Shown here piece by piece: positions 46,775-59,872 of a stretch of 64,000 nt of DNA. This DNA comes from Azolla caroliniana. Its lineage: Eukaryota > Plantae > Polypodiophyta. The translations under genes and the position numbers were made by a program. Below the pieces are notes generated by a model, which saw only the letters and a list, made by a program, of their open reading frames with translations, searched no databases and was not told the origin of the DNA. Location of the stretch: positions 18,538,001-18,602,000 of the forward strand of contig JBHGNT010000004.1 of the NCBI GenBank assembly GCA_043228905.1, written 5' to 3'. Numbering within the stretch: position 1 is the stretch's first letter; each line of letters begins with the position of its first letter.

Positions 46775-48695
46775 GCCTCTCTCTTACGCATACTTCTATT
46801 GTCATCCCAATTACTATGTTTGCCCTAGATGTATATATATACTAATACATCATGTGGACTATTTACAATTGTAGCCACGGCAACATATCATTACTATTAT
46901 TATTACTATAATAATAGTAGTAATCTGTTTAAATAATCGACTCTCTATTGTCGACTCTTCGACTGTCGGCTATCATTCAGTTCTAGCCTGGAACTCCTTG
47001 AAAACCGACAGTACTTGATCCTTCGACTTCAGTACGCAGGCCCATGTCTTCCAACTATAGTCGTTGATGAATGTTACAAAGTACTGTCCACCTCGATGCG
47101 ATGGACCATGTACGTAACACACATCTGTGTGTACTAGTTCCAGTGCAGCTTCTCTTCTTCGTGGTGGTCTTGTGTGGAATGTTGATCTGTTCTACTTTCT
47201 GACTAAGCAATCGACGCACTTCTCCAGGTGCACTCCCTTGACTTCTAGTAGAAGCTTTTGGTTGGCTAGCAGGTGCATTCCTTTCACTCATGTAGCCTAG
47301 CCTCTTATGCCATATCTCTCCTACCGAGTCGGCTGCCACATTTACTTCCGATTTGCACAATCGGGCATGCATCATATATAATGTGTCTTCTTTCAGTGCT
47401 CAGGCCACTATATGATTTCCTCGGCAGAACTTCCACTTGCCATTCTGAAAACTACCACTATAGCCTTCGTCATCTAACCTTCCAGTCAATATCAGATTCA
47501 ATCTGATATCGAGGAAGTGTCGACCATCCTTCAGAGTCAATCAACACCCTGTCAACATCATCAAGCAGACACTTCCGACTCTGTCTATCTTGCACTCTCC
47601 ACTATCACCCATTTTCACATAACTGAGATCTCTGGCTATGTAAGTCAAGAATTACTCTCTCGACGGAGTTATGTGGAACGATGCCTCTGAATCAATCACC
47701 CAAGTGCATTCTTCACTTGCAAGCTTTGCACTCGTCTGTTCATAGATGAACAACAATTCTTCATTACTCGTAGCAATGGCAGAAGTGTTCTTCTCATCAG
47801 GAATCTTCCTGGGTTCAACATTGTTTCCGACACCCTTGTCTTTTCTCATGTGTCGGCAGTCCTTCGAGAAGTGTCCAGGTTTACCACAGTAAAAGCACAC
47901 TAGCTTACCTCTAGACTTTGATCTGGCTTGGAACTTTTCTCTCCTTGGTGGACTTCTTTGCCGGTTCCTTCCTCTATCCGACTGGGACAGGACTCCCTTG
48001 TCCTTCCTCCTTGCCTCCTCACAAACCCCATGAATGTGTTGATATGTTCAACGATGCTTTCACCATCCCTGTATTTCAGCCGTACGATCTTTCTCATTAG
48101 TGAGGTTTTATTGAGCGCATTCTTCCTCTCATATAGACCCCACAGCTTCTGCCACATCTCGTGTGCATTTGTGTTGTTCGCCACATGTTGCAAGACATTT
48201 ACGTCAACGCATTTTCAGATGGTAGCCACCATCTTTCTGTTAAGAAGTTTCCAATCCGACTCCACTAGCCCCCTAGGTATATCAGCTCTGTCGATGGCTC
48301 GTACAGGTCTTTGACTATGAGAAGGTCCTCCATCTTTATCTTCCAGTCTGCATAGTTCTGTGAGTTTAGAACTATCATGCCTGGGAAGCCGCTCACACCT
48401 CCTTCCATGTTTGCACCTCAAGCTTTGATACCAAATTGTTGAGAATAGATTTGTAAAACCACAACATCAAACGATGCTGAAAATACACTACACAGGCACA
48501 CGACGACACAATACACAAAGATTTACGTGGAAACCCTAAAAACGGGAGAAAACCACGGGAGAGCAGAAACTTCACTATACAATGGATGGACAAGGAAGAG
48601 ATTACAAAACTCTGATTATGAGTGTATCACACACACAGGGTTCTTGGTGTTTGCTGTTACGCGCACAACTATGGCGCCGTTCTCTCTCTCTCACA

Positions 48696-50090
48696 CACCA
48701 ACACTATTTGGTCTATGCATTGATGAATTGGAAGAAATGGTTACCAAGTTTGCAAAGGAAGAATGTGTTGAAGAAGTTTTCATTGGGAATGTTTTGATTA
48801 TGCTTTTGCTATATGCAGATGATGTAGTGCTTTTTGCAAATACTTTAGGAGATGCATAAAAGCTTATGAAGGCATTGGAAAAAATTTGCATGCATACTAA
48901 ATTAAGTGTCAATAGCTCTAAAACAAAGATTATGTTTGTGAAGAGCCAAAAAAGAGATAAACCATGCATTATGTACAACAATGAGCCACTTGAATGTGTG
49001 GAAAGCTTCAAATATCTTGGCCTTGAAGTTCCTTCAAATCATAGATGGAATGAATGTGCTACACGCCGCTTAGAGGCGGGTAATCGAGCATATTATGCAT
49101 TTGAGAACAGATGCAATCTTGGAGATCTTAAGTGTTGGGTCCTCAAGAAATATCTTTTCGACTCTTTGCTGACACCGGTTCGTCTCTATGGGGTGGAAGT
49201 ATGGGGCGGTAGCATCCCTAAATCTATGTGGAAAGAGTTTGAAAATGTCCAAAAACATTTTCTTACAAAGTTTCTACAAGTTAAGAAACAAACGCCCTAC
49301 ACCCTCCTCCTTGAGACAAGATTGCTTCCCATTGAGATCATGGCCATGAAAAGGGTTGTTCAATACATGCATAAGGTTCAAAAAAGTCCCTCACATCGAC
49401 TTCCTAGAATTGAGTGGGAAGCAAGCAAAAAGATCCAAAAGACACATCAAAGCAAAATTTTGTGTTCCGGTTGGATGCAAGATATAGAAAAATGGTTTGG
49501 TAAATGGGATGCAAGACACTTTCTTCATGATGAATCATATGATTCCTCTATAAATGAGGCCTTTTTGCAATGCCAATGTATCATGACATGGGACAAATGT
49601 GGAGGCTCGCGCTTCACACATTATACTACACATGTTGCACCTAACTACAAAAGCATATTCTTTGCGGAATGGGGAAATCGTACACATCGATACATGTTAG
49701 AGCCTATACCGTTATCTTCCATTCAAACCATTGCTTCCATGCGACTTAGCTCACATGCATTGCGATGTGAAACAGGGCGTTGGGGCACACGTGATGAGAG
49801 TAGTCGGTTATGCACACTTTGCCCTAAACAAGTTCGCGAGTTTGAGTATCACACTTTGATACAATGCTTTGCCTTTGATCATATTCGACAATGCTTTCCA
49901 CATCTCTTCGACCGAGCCCAATCTTTGCATGACTTCCTCTCACAACCACAATGTGCACTCTCGATTGCAACATTCATTGGTAAAGTTCTTGAACATCGAG
50001 AGTCATTGTACTCACTTTGACACGTATCACATGAAATATAATATTTTTGGTTTCATAGGTCATATTTGACCTTCGAAGACGATAATATAA
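48696..50090 (+). mobile_element. 5'-truncated LINE, family L-A
   Basis: PTLF..., LLYADD, FKYLG and a C-terminal CCHC; sits in the (CT)n tract of the C LTR. Confidence 0.93.
48866..50020 (+). pseudogene. LINE ORF2 C-terminal part (RT end and zinc finger)
   Basis: 384-aa ORF with VNSSKTKIM, ESFKYLG, LYGVEVWG and RLSSHALRCETGRW motifs. Confidence 0.9.
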
Positions 50091-50426
50091 CCTCTCTCTC
50101 TCTCTATCTCTCTCTCTCTCTTCTCGCTTCTCTCTTACGCACACTTCTATTGTCATCCCAATTACTATGTTTGCCCTAGATGTATATATATATTGATACA
50201 TCCTGTGGACTATTTACAATTGTAGCCATTGCTACATATCATTACTATTATTATTACTATAATAATAATAATAATAATATATTTAAATAATCGACTCTTT
50301 GTTGTCGACTCTTCGACTGTTTACTGTTGGCTATTACCGAACAGTCGGTTCCTTCGACTCTTCGACTGTCGGCTAGTTCCGAACAGTCGGTTCCTCCCAC
50401 TGGAGGGACATATCCCCAACAGGAAC

Positions 50427-53400
50427 AAGCGGCAAGCAGAGTTCTTTACTGCTTCACGTCCTATGTGAGCGACCAGCTCTTGAGCTATATTCGGGATGCT
50501 AAGACGCCAAAGGACACGTGGGAGAATCTCAAGAGGATTTTCGCCGCTAGCACAACGGCCAAGAAACTGCAGCTCAGCAATGTCCGATAGAAAGATCTGT
50601 TTATGGCCGACTACACATCCCGAATCAAGGAGATCTGTGACTCTCTCGCCTCCATCAACGTGAATGTTGAGGAAGAAATGGTGTAGGTGTGGCTTGGTGG
50701 GTTAGCGTCAAAGTTCGGAGCGTTTCGAACGACAGTCTGCACAAGGGAGATTACGCCTTCGTTCTTCGAGCTTCAATCGATGTTGCTCGTAGAGGAAAAT
50801 CACGTGGGTGCGTCAACGAGTACGCACACCGACAGCAAGATGTTGTACACGGAGGAAGATAGGCCACATGGTCATGGCGGACGAGGTGGATTGGCGTGGA
50901 ATGGAGGCGGCCGAAAAGAGCAGAACATGCGGCATAATCGAAATGCCGGAAGCAATTCCAAACTCTACGGAAGCAGGGGGAGTCATAGCGGTGCCGGAAG
51001 CCGGCAAGAGAAGGCCGTAACGGAATGCTGGTACTGTGGCAAGAAAGGCCATAGGGAGACTGAGTGTTGGAAGAAGAGAGCCGATTCGGACAAAGCCGGA
51101 TCGAGCGAAAGAGACGCAAGAAGGCATCAGAAATCGCACTACTCTGAGGGCTCTGAACAAGCCGGACGTGGATCGGGCCCAACCTTTGTAATGAAGCACA
51201 AGGGCAATTTGATGGCCATGAACACCTCGAAACCAAGCGAGGTGTGGTATGTTGATTCCAGAGCGTCGAGTCACGAGGAATGGTTCTCGTACTTGGAGAA
51301 ACCGGAAAAGCAAGCAGTTGTCGAAACGGGAGATGATACTCCGAATACCATCGAACATGTCGGAGAAGTTCCCGTAAGTCACGTCGGGTAGAAAGGGAAA
51401 CTTATGAACATGTTACACGTTCTGACAATAACCAAGAACCTTGTGTCGGTCGGTCAGATCGTCGACCAAGGGATGCAAGTTCAATTCACGCACCTCGGGT
51501 GCTACATCGAAGAGGAAGGCCAAGTTATCGCACAAGGCCTCGGTGAAGGGAGGATGTTTATCGTCGACACCAATCAAGCCAGAACTGCGTTGTTTGCGAA
51601 AGGTCAGAAGGTCGAATCAGATATTGACCCGAGGCACAAGCGGTTCGGCCACGTTAACTTCCCATGGCTTCGAGAAATGTAGACGAAGAACATTGTTTTC
51701 GGATTGCCGAAATTTCGGGGCCGTAATGGCCAAGTCTATGAAGCCTGGCAACTCGGGAAGCAACACCGACTTCCATTCCCTAATGAGCGTAATCGTAGTC
51801 GAAATCCATTGGATTTGATCCACTCGGATGTGTGGGGACCAACACAGAACGTGAGTCTCAGTGGAATTCGTTACTTCGTAACCTTCATTGATGACTTCAC
51901 TCAGCATACCTGGGTGTGCTTGATCACGAAAAAGAGCGAAGTCTTCACGTGGTTCCTGAAAGTGAAGAGCCTTGCGGAAAGGGAAACTGGACGTAAGATC
52001 AAGTGCCTACGGTCTGATGGCAAGAAGGAGTATTTCTCCAACCAGTTCATGAGTTATCTACACAAGGAGGGAATTCAACGCGAATTCTCGTGTAGATATA
52101 CGTTGGAGCAGAATGGTGTAGTCGAGCGGAAGAATCGGACAATCGAAGAAGCCGCCAAGGCAATGCTTGAAGAGAAGCATATGTCGTCGTTTTACTAGGC
52201 TGAAGCCGTAAGGACTGCAGTTTACTTGCAAAATTAGACCTTTGCTAATGGAGGAGTGTCACCACATGAGTTGTATTACGGCAAGAAGCCGAACTTAGCA
52301 CACTTGAGGATTTTCGGCAGCATCGCGTACATACATGTGTCGAAGGAGAAACGGAGGAAGCTAAATGCCAAAGCCGAAGTCTGCATCTTAGTCGGTTATT
52401 CAGACGAACAAAATAGGTATAACTACTATGACCACCGAACGAAGGAAGTTTGCGTAAGCCGAGATGTTGTGTTCAATGAATCCACTTCGTGGTAGTTGCC
52501 TTCACCTCCAATACCTCATGACTCCATTCTGAATTCTGAAGAAGAGGTCAGCGAGGCCGAGCTGCCTCCGCGTGATGAGAAAATCGGAGCTCTTACAGAG
52601 ACTCTGACCTCATTTCGGCTAAGTGGGCCAAATGAGGGGTTGGGCCGAGAAGGCAAACCAAATGAAGAGTCGGTGAGTAGTGCAGACTCAACCGTGTTGT
52701 CCCCACATAGAGAACCAAGGACGGTTTACGCGTAAAGAAAAAGGGAAGAAGAAAATGTCGGAATATGATTTCGGTAGTGCCGAGTCTGATCAGAGCGAGT
52801 CTAATTTTGGGCCAATCGAAAACAAATCTTCACGGAAGAAGTCGAAACCGGCCGAAAAGGCCGTGAAATCGGGTAATCACGAATTGCGCCAATCTAACCG
52901 CCTAACAAACCCCGTAAAGATGTACAAGTACAATGAATACATGGTGCACCATTACGCGTACATGACACGAGTGACGGAAGTGCGTGAGCTGAAGAGTTAT
53001 GCAGAAGCGGCGAAAGACGCAAATTGGCGTGTCGCGATGGAGGAAGAGATGCGCGCTTTAACGGACAATGAAACTTGGGATCTGGTTGACGTACCGAATG
53101 GTGTAAAGACAATCAGATGTAGATGGGTGTATAAGCTGAAATACAACACCGACAACTCCATCAACCGATATAAGGTCCGTTTGGTTGCGAAAGGCTATGC
53201 AGAGAAGCATGACGTAGATTACAACGAAACCTTCGCCCAAGTCGTGAAGATGACTACCATGCGAGTTCTGCTAGCCATAGCAGCGGTGAAGGGATGGCAC
53301 TTACATCAAATGGATGTAAAAAATGTGTTCCTACAAAGCGATCTTGAGGAACAGGTGTACATGGTACAGCCCCCCGATTTCGATCCAAACAGAACACCTC

Positions 53401-55008
53401 GGCAGTCTGCCGATTGAAGAACGCGTTATACAGACTTAAACAAACCCCACAAGTTTGGAACGCGAAGATTACGCAACGGTTGCGTAGAATGGGCTTTACA
53501 ACGTCCAAGTTGGACACTTCATTATTTGTTTGGCAAGGTAAACATGGACCGGTTAGCCTTTTACTTTATGTTGATGATTTAGTCATGGCCGGTACCAACC
53601 AGGAAGAAATCGGTCGCGTCAAGTTTCAACTTGCGGCATCATTCGAAATGAAGGATCTTGGAGACCTTCATTACTTCCTTGGGATCGAAGTGATCTATTC
53701 CCCCGAAGGCATATTGATCAGTCAACATCATTACGCGCTGAATATGCTCTTCAAGTTCGAGATGGCAGATTGTAAGCCCATCTCGACCCCTTTGGATAGA
53801 AACTTAAAGCTTCGCCGAGATTCGGGAATGGCGTGTGACCCGACACGGTTTCGACAGATTGTCGAAAGCCTCATTTACTTGATGATCACTCGGCCCGACC
53901 TCAGCTATCCGGTTGGAATGATCAGTCAATTTATGTCGCAGCCCACGACCAAACACCTTCAGTGCACGCAAAGAATATTACAATATGTCAGCGGCACGAA
54001 AGACATGGCGTTGTTGTACCGTGCAGGCGTAGCCGAACAATTAGTCAGTTACACGGATGCCGATTGGGCCGGAAATGCCCACAATCATAGATCCACATCC
54101 GGATACACATTCTCATTGGGAAGTGCGGAGATCACGTGGATCAGTAAGAAGCAACCGACAATAGCGATGTTGAGCATGGAGGCCGAATATCGAGGGGCAA
54201 CTGTCGCTACGTGCGAAGTCATCTGGCTGAAACGACTATTATGGGATCTGCATGTGGAGGTGTCTGAGCCAACGATGATCTATTGCAACAATCTTGCATC
54301 CACCTTGGGGAAAACCTTTTGTTCCACAACCAGACCAAGCACATTGAGGTGCATTATCATTTCGTCCGCGAGTGTGTCCTTTCTGGTGAAGTCGAACTAG
54401 CGTATGTTCCGACGGGTCGGTAGATTGCCGACATCTTCACCAAGCCCCTTGGTCTCAACAAATTATGGCATTTCTCGGGTGAGCTGGGTTTGAGGCACCT
54501 CAATACACCGAACTTGAGGGGGAGACAGGAACAGGAGCGTGAAAGTAGTGGTAGTGACCGCTATGCCGAAACGGATGAAGAATTCGATTTCAGGAAGGAA
54601 GAGTCGAAGACAACCAAACAAAAGGGAAATACAGCCAAGAAGGGTGTAAAGGCCAAGACCAAGACGTGGTCTGATGTTGTCAAAGGCCTAAAGACAGAAG
54701 ACGAATTGGAGACAACCAATTCAGGCGAAAGTGGAATTGAATCAAAAGTGTTTGATTTAATCGAAATGCTCGATTCGGACATTACGAATCGACTGAGGGC
54801 CAAGCAGAGGAAAGGGCAACGAAAGAGGCGCCAACATTGCGATAGAAAGGGAGCTAAAAAGGGCTGCATGAGTAGACAATCCGACTGGAAGGGTCGAAGC
54901 GCGCGGAATCGAACGGGTCGAGGAGCGCGAGCATGGCATGAAGCTAGGAGGAGCTAGAGCAAAGATCTGGAGGAGCACGCAGAATCTCAAGTTGAGCTTG
55001 AGGGGGAG
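50427..55008 (+). pseudogene. pol: gag-pol of the host copia B
   Basis: CWYCGKKGHRETEC, WYVDS, IHSDVWGP, QNGVVERKN, YVDD and YTDADWAG motifs, plus a charged extension; many stops. Confidence 0.92.
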
Positions 55009-55446
55009 TGTTTAGAGACAAGGTCAACATTGGGTGCGTAAATGGGTGTGTAACCCAATACGTAGACTAGGTGCGTAAAACCGTACGCAAAATATGGTTG
55101 TGGCAGTGTTTAAACCGAACGGTCGTTAGAACGTTATTCCTCATAAGGAATAGTTTTGGGAGTTAGTGTGGGAGGCTCATTTATGAGCGGTCAAGTACTG
55201 TTAGTACTTGTGTCAGCCCAATAGTCAGGGCTTGTATAAAAGGTGCTCACTGAGCACGAAATATGTACAGAGAACATACAGAGAATTATTTTAAATATAG
55301 TTTTCGTAGTTTCAGCTCTCTCTCTCTCTCTCTCTCCCCCTCTCTTTCACTGTGATTTCTGTGTTTCACCAAACTGTCGTACTTCCAAACCGTGTACTCT
55401 GTGTTCTTACACATATGCTTCCACACACGTATTCTTTTACATGTTT

Positions 55447-55873
55447 TTCAGAGTTGACCGACTCAAACAAAAAATTTGTTTTTCTTGGACAACCTATTGT
55501 ACATTTGCATTCCTTATTATAGATTTCTATTGTATACACCCATTCCGAGGGAGTGTCGAATACTAGTCTATAATGGTCGTATTCACATTGTATCTTGGAC
55601 AAACTAGATTTAGGAAAATTCTGTAAATATGTGAAAGGGCAATTGCCCTAGCCCAATTAGTGTATAAGGGGCTTTGTACCCTAGTTTGTCAGGTTGTTCA
55701 TTCTGTACATTGTGCCATTGAGAGCTTGAATAATATAGTTCCTACTATGTGCCTCTTTTTCCCTCTTTTCTCGTTCTGTTCTCTACTCTTGCTATCTTCC
55801 ATCTCCTACACTCAGTGATCTTCAGTACAAGGTGGTGTTGATGTTTCCGCACTGACGGTCTAAGCTCCCTACA
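55447..55873 (+). mobile_element. Copia F 3' UTR, PPT and 3' LTR (55554-55873)
   Basis: GAGGGAG then TGTCGAATAC; TATAAG and a CT-rich tract; end CCCTACA inferred from similarity to the TRIM LTR. Confidence 0.72.
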
Positions 55874-56159
55874 GGGACTTCCCGAATCGCTTCTTGTGTA
55901 GAGGGAGTTGTCAGATTTCGACATTTAGAAGCCGATTCGATGAAGGTATTGTGTTATCTTTGAGTGTCAAGTGCATGTTGCTTGCTTAAGGCCGCACAGA
56001 GGCTTCTTGAGTCAGCATATGGCTTTCGGATGAATGTTGGATTCGAAGCCAGGTGGTGTCAGGAACAGTACTAAGACAGAGAAGGAATTAGTACTAAAAG
56101 AAGTATTAGTACTAAGAGAGGTGAAGAACTCGAGAGAGAAGGAAAGAGTGAGTGAGAGG

Positions 56160-56197
<38 letters not shown>

Positions 56198-56590
56198 TGA
56201 TGAGAAAAGATATATATTATGTGAAGAAAATGTACAGTAGCTAGGAGGCTTAAGACTGGCGTTGAACCGATTTGGTTCGAAATAATGCCTTGTGCCCCCT
56301 TTTATAGTGTTCTAAGGAATACTCTTGAAGTTTCTAGAATGTTCCAGAGAAATCTAGAATATACATCAATTTTCTATAATAAAACATAAATGAAAATAAT
56401 ATTTTATGTATTACAATGTATAGTCTAATGGCCAAGAGCTCGACCCATGTAGTATAAGGTCATGGGTTCGAGTCTTGTCATATCATGACACTATCTCCCC
56501 TTTAAAACGACAAGTGTAACAAGTCGTTTTGGATTGAGGACCCGGTTTGTCTGGATATTGACGATGGAAGTCTTCAAGAAGAGCACGAGC

Positions 56591-59500
56591 TTTGGCCATC
56601 ATCTGCTCGAACTTGGCAGTCGGCACCGGATGGTCATATATAATGGTCTAGCTAAGTGGTCGGGCTCGGAAGAGCTCACATGTTTCCCACATGGAGGAGG
56701 GGAAAGCACAGTTGACTATCTAATAGAGCGCCCTGAAGCTACCCACATGATTAACTCCTTCCAAGTGGCCCCATGCCCTATTGGTGCAGACCATAGTTTC
56801 TTATACTTCGAGCTAAAATGTGATATCTCTAAGGTCACCAAGTCTAGTCAGCCATGCCATCACACCACAATACATTTCACACATGAGCTCTCTAACATAT
56901 ACTCTCAACATGTTCAGGCCCATCTCCCCTCCCTTGATCCCTCCCTACCGTTAGAAAGCCTTAGTACAAAACTCACACACATCCTTCACTCCGCAGCAGC
57001 TAGCAGTTTCCCATATACAAAACACTCAAATCAAGGTAGATCTGGATCAATGCCACAAAATAAATGGTATGACGAGGATTGTAGGGACTTACATAGACAA
57101 CTTACAGTATCGCAACTCAATGGTAGTATTACCTCTATACAAGCCCGTAAAGAAATGCGTAAGATGAGACGTCGTAAGAGACGAGTGTGGGAAGCATCCC
57201 AATACTGGGAACTCTACCATATGCTCATGAGTAGCGATTGCGCCACGGCATGGAAGAGACTACAGGAGCCAAGACCACAAACACCCATCGAAGATCCCGA
57301 AACTTGGCACACATATACAGAGAGACTTTACCAAATCCCAAACCAACCACCCTTTTCAATGCCTTCCACACCCCGGCCTACCACGGGGACACTTTTCACG
57401 ACCTCTAGGGTCGTGAAGGTCATAAAGAAATTACAACATAGGAAGTCCATCGACCACCAGGATTGCGAGCAGAACACATTATATATGCGAGAGAGTGCCT
57501 AGCTCCCTTGCTAACTCTAATCTTCAATCGTGCCCTTGCGGAGGGTTTTCCACCACAGTGGACTATGAATACAGTGGTCCCCATACATAAAGGGGGGGAC
57601 CCCATGGACCCAAATACATATAGGACCATTATGATAGGCCATACCCTTGCTAAGTTATATGGTGCAGTAATGGAAGCAGAGCTTAGCGACTATATGGAGA
57701 CCCTAAACCTTCGTGCACCTGAACAAGCTGGCTTTAGATGAGCCTTCTCCACTATTGATCATATCTTCACACTTAGATGCCTAATTGACCAAACTAAGGC
57801 TCGCAAGAAGAAATTATACTATTGTTTTGTGGACTTCCGCAAAGCCTTTGACACAGTCCCTAGAGAGCAGATGTTTGATAGACTTAAAAGCTTGAGGATA
57901 CCAGATGATATGGTATGGGCCATCTACGCACTATATGAACAAGTGTCTGGGTGTGTCCGATGCCCAGGTGGCCTATCTAATCGTTTCACTAGCACTATTG
58001 GTGTAAAACAAGGTTGCCCCCTATCACCGACGCTTTTTGGGATCTACATTGATGAGATCACAGATTTTATTGCTCGTGAGGGAGGCACCGGAGTGGTCCT
58101 TGGGGATACGCAGGTTCGTATCTTGCTCTATGCGGATGACATAGTTTTGCTCTCTGAATCCGAACACGACCTACAAAGGCACCTTAATGCCTTAGATGAC
58201 TTTTGTGTACAACGAGGATTGGTAGTGAATCTAGGGAAAACGAAAGTCCTTATCTTCCACACATCGGCCCAAGTTAGAGCTAAGTGTCACCTAACTATCT
58301 CCCATAGCCCAGTCGAGGTGGTTGGATCATACGTCTATCTCGGAGTCACTTTTAGTGCCCGCTCAGGTAAATTTTCGATGACACAGGCAACGAAGGATAG
58401 ACTCATGAGAGGACATGCATCCCTCTCACTCCTAGAGAGACAATGCCACCAAGCACACTTTCAAGAGCCACGGACTAAAGGGTGGCTCTTTGACTCATTA
58501 GTGACCCCCTCCCTCATGTATGCATCAGCGGTTCGGGCTCCAGGATTACCATCTTTCATGTGGACACAATTAGAGAGACCATTGGTGATGATGCTATCAC
58601 GCCAACTCCAAAGCAAATCGACTGTACCACATGACATTATTAGGGCTGAGTTCACGTTACCCCCAATGTTAGTAGAGGCACTTTTTCAACTTGTAGTCTT
58701 CATTTATAGGATACATATCCAACCACATGATAGAATATCTCATCAAGCCTTTAAGGCCTCTCGATCATTGTATGAGTCCGGCTATACTAGCTCATGGTAT
58801 GGCATGATGGTGAGTTGGCTTCTTGCGAATGGTCTAGACATTAATAACCTACCTCCCCTTAGGTACAACCACACAAGTGATAACACTTTAATCTCTCATG
58901 AGGACCGCAATAAAGTAATACGCCAAGAAATATGGCAAATTTACACTCGGTGTAAATGGATCACCCCACTAGAGCCACTCCCATCTAAAATGTTGTACTA
59001 TAAGAAACACTTCATGCACTTCTCTGAGTTAGGTTTTATAACACGGCCAAAATATCTAGATGTATTCTTACCACATGCACTAAGGGTTGCCATTAGACAA
59101 CTTAGAATATCATCTCACCAACTTGAGATTGAGAATGGCCGTACTAGTGGAGTCCCTAGGGAGGAAAGGATATGTAGGTTATGTCACATAGAGATAGAGG
59201 ATGAGTACCACTTTACATGCAAGTGTCCAACCTATGCCGAGATAAGGGCAAAATACCAAGACATACTTGGTTCGTCTCCCACCCTCCCCAAACTATTAGA
59301 TACTCTAGATATAAAGAAATTAGGCAAATACATTCTAGAGCTAAAACAACACAGAGAGAATAAGTTACAAAATGTTGACAATAATGTTGCTAATGATCAC
59401 GAACATGTAACAAATGAAGTTTTTCAGGAACATGAGGAGACAACGAATGCCGACACACTTGCACCACTCGGCCTTTCCATTGATGAGGCAGAAAACCAGA

Positions 59501-59872
59501 GAAGAACCAGACGTCCTCGGGTGCCGGGTTTCAAAGCAACTCGACATGATGTGGAAGCAATATTGAAAATAAGGGAACGTGAGCTACACCGCCTAGAAGC
59601 CATGGCTAGGGCACTCTCTACATTGGAACCCACATCAAGACCCTTTGACCCCCCACTTCTTCTCGAGAGGCTTGGGTGGAAATAAAATTAGGCTTAGTGT
59701 ATAGTCACTTTCGAGTATACTACATATTGTACACTACTAGAACTCTTTTAGTTTAAGTTCTGTTTTTTACTTAATTTTATTTTAGTTATGATGACTGGAT
59801 AAATACTCTTTTGTTGTAAACCAATTGGCTCATGGGCCAAATTTGGCCTTAGAAGACGTTAATATATCTTTC
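56591..59872 (+). mobile_element. LINE family L-B (RTE/RTEX-like), truncated within the endonuclease
   Basis: APE end (STVDY, DH), RT (QAGFR, DFRKAFDTV, GVKQGCPLSPTLF, LLYADD, YVYLG), RISSHQLEIENGR...CRLC...H...C; 3' hairpin and TCTT tail. Confidence 0.95.
57829..59685 (+). pseudogene. LINE L-B ORF2, RT and C-terminal part
   Basis: 618-aa open stretch; upstream parts separated by a stop and a frameshift. Confidence 0.92.

Larger units (their letters stand above)
46498..50421 (-). mobile_element. Copia family C, deleted for RT/RH, with a LINE in its 5' LTR
   Basis: Perfect TSD GGAAC (46493-46497, 50422-50426); partial 3' LTR 46498-~46972; gag/PR/INT remnants (CFYCGKPGHFSKDC, WVIDSEASFH, WHKRLG); PBS TGGTATCAAAGC at 48422-48433; 5' LTR 48437-50421. 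Confidence 0.92.
39833..55441 (+). mobile_element. Full-length copia B (Bryco-like, tentative) hosting two nested elements
   Basis: LTRs at 39833-40256 and 55009-55441, TSD TGTTT (39828-39832, 55442-55446), PBS TGGTATCAGAG at 40257; coding remnants at 46342-46497 and 50427-55008. Confidence 0.94.

Noticed and set aside
55442-55454. Degenerate PBS (TGTTTTTCAGAGT) implying a tandem element
   Set aside because: TGTTT is the TSD of copia B and the rest continues the F 3' UTR.
55874-56056. Possible host gene fragment
   Set aside because: Short, no recognisable motif; left unassigned.
56414-56486. Functional tRNA gene
   Set aside because: Promoter boxes are present but the acceptor and anticodon stems do not pair; reported only as tRNA-like.
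56534-56590. N-terminus of the LINE ORF
   Set aside because: This is antisense chromovirus sequence fused in frame by chance at the insertion junction.
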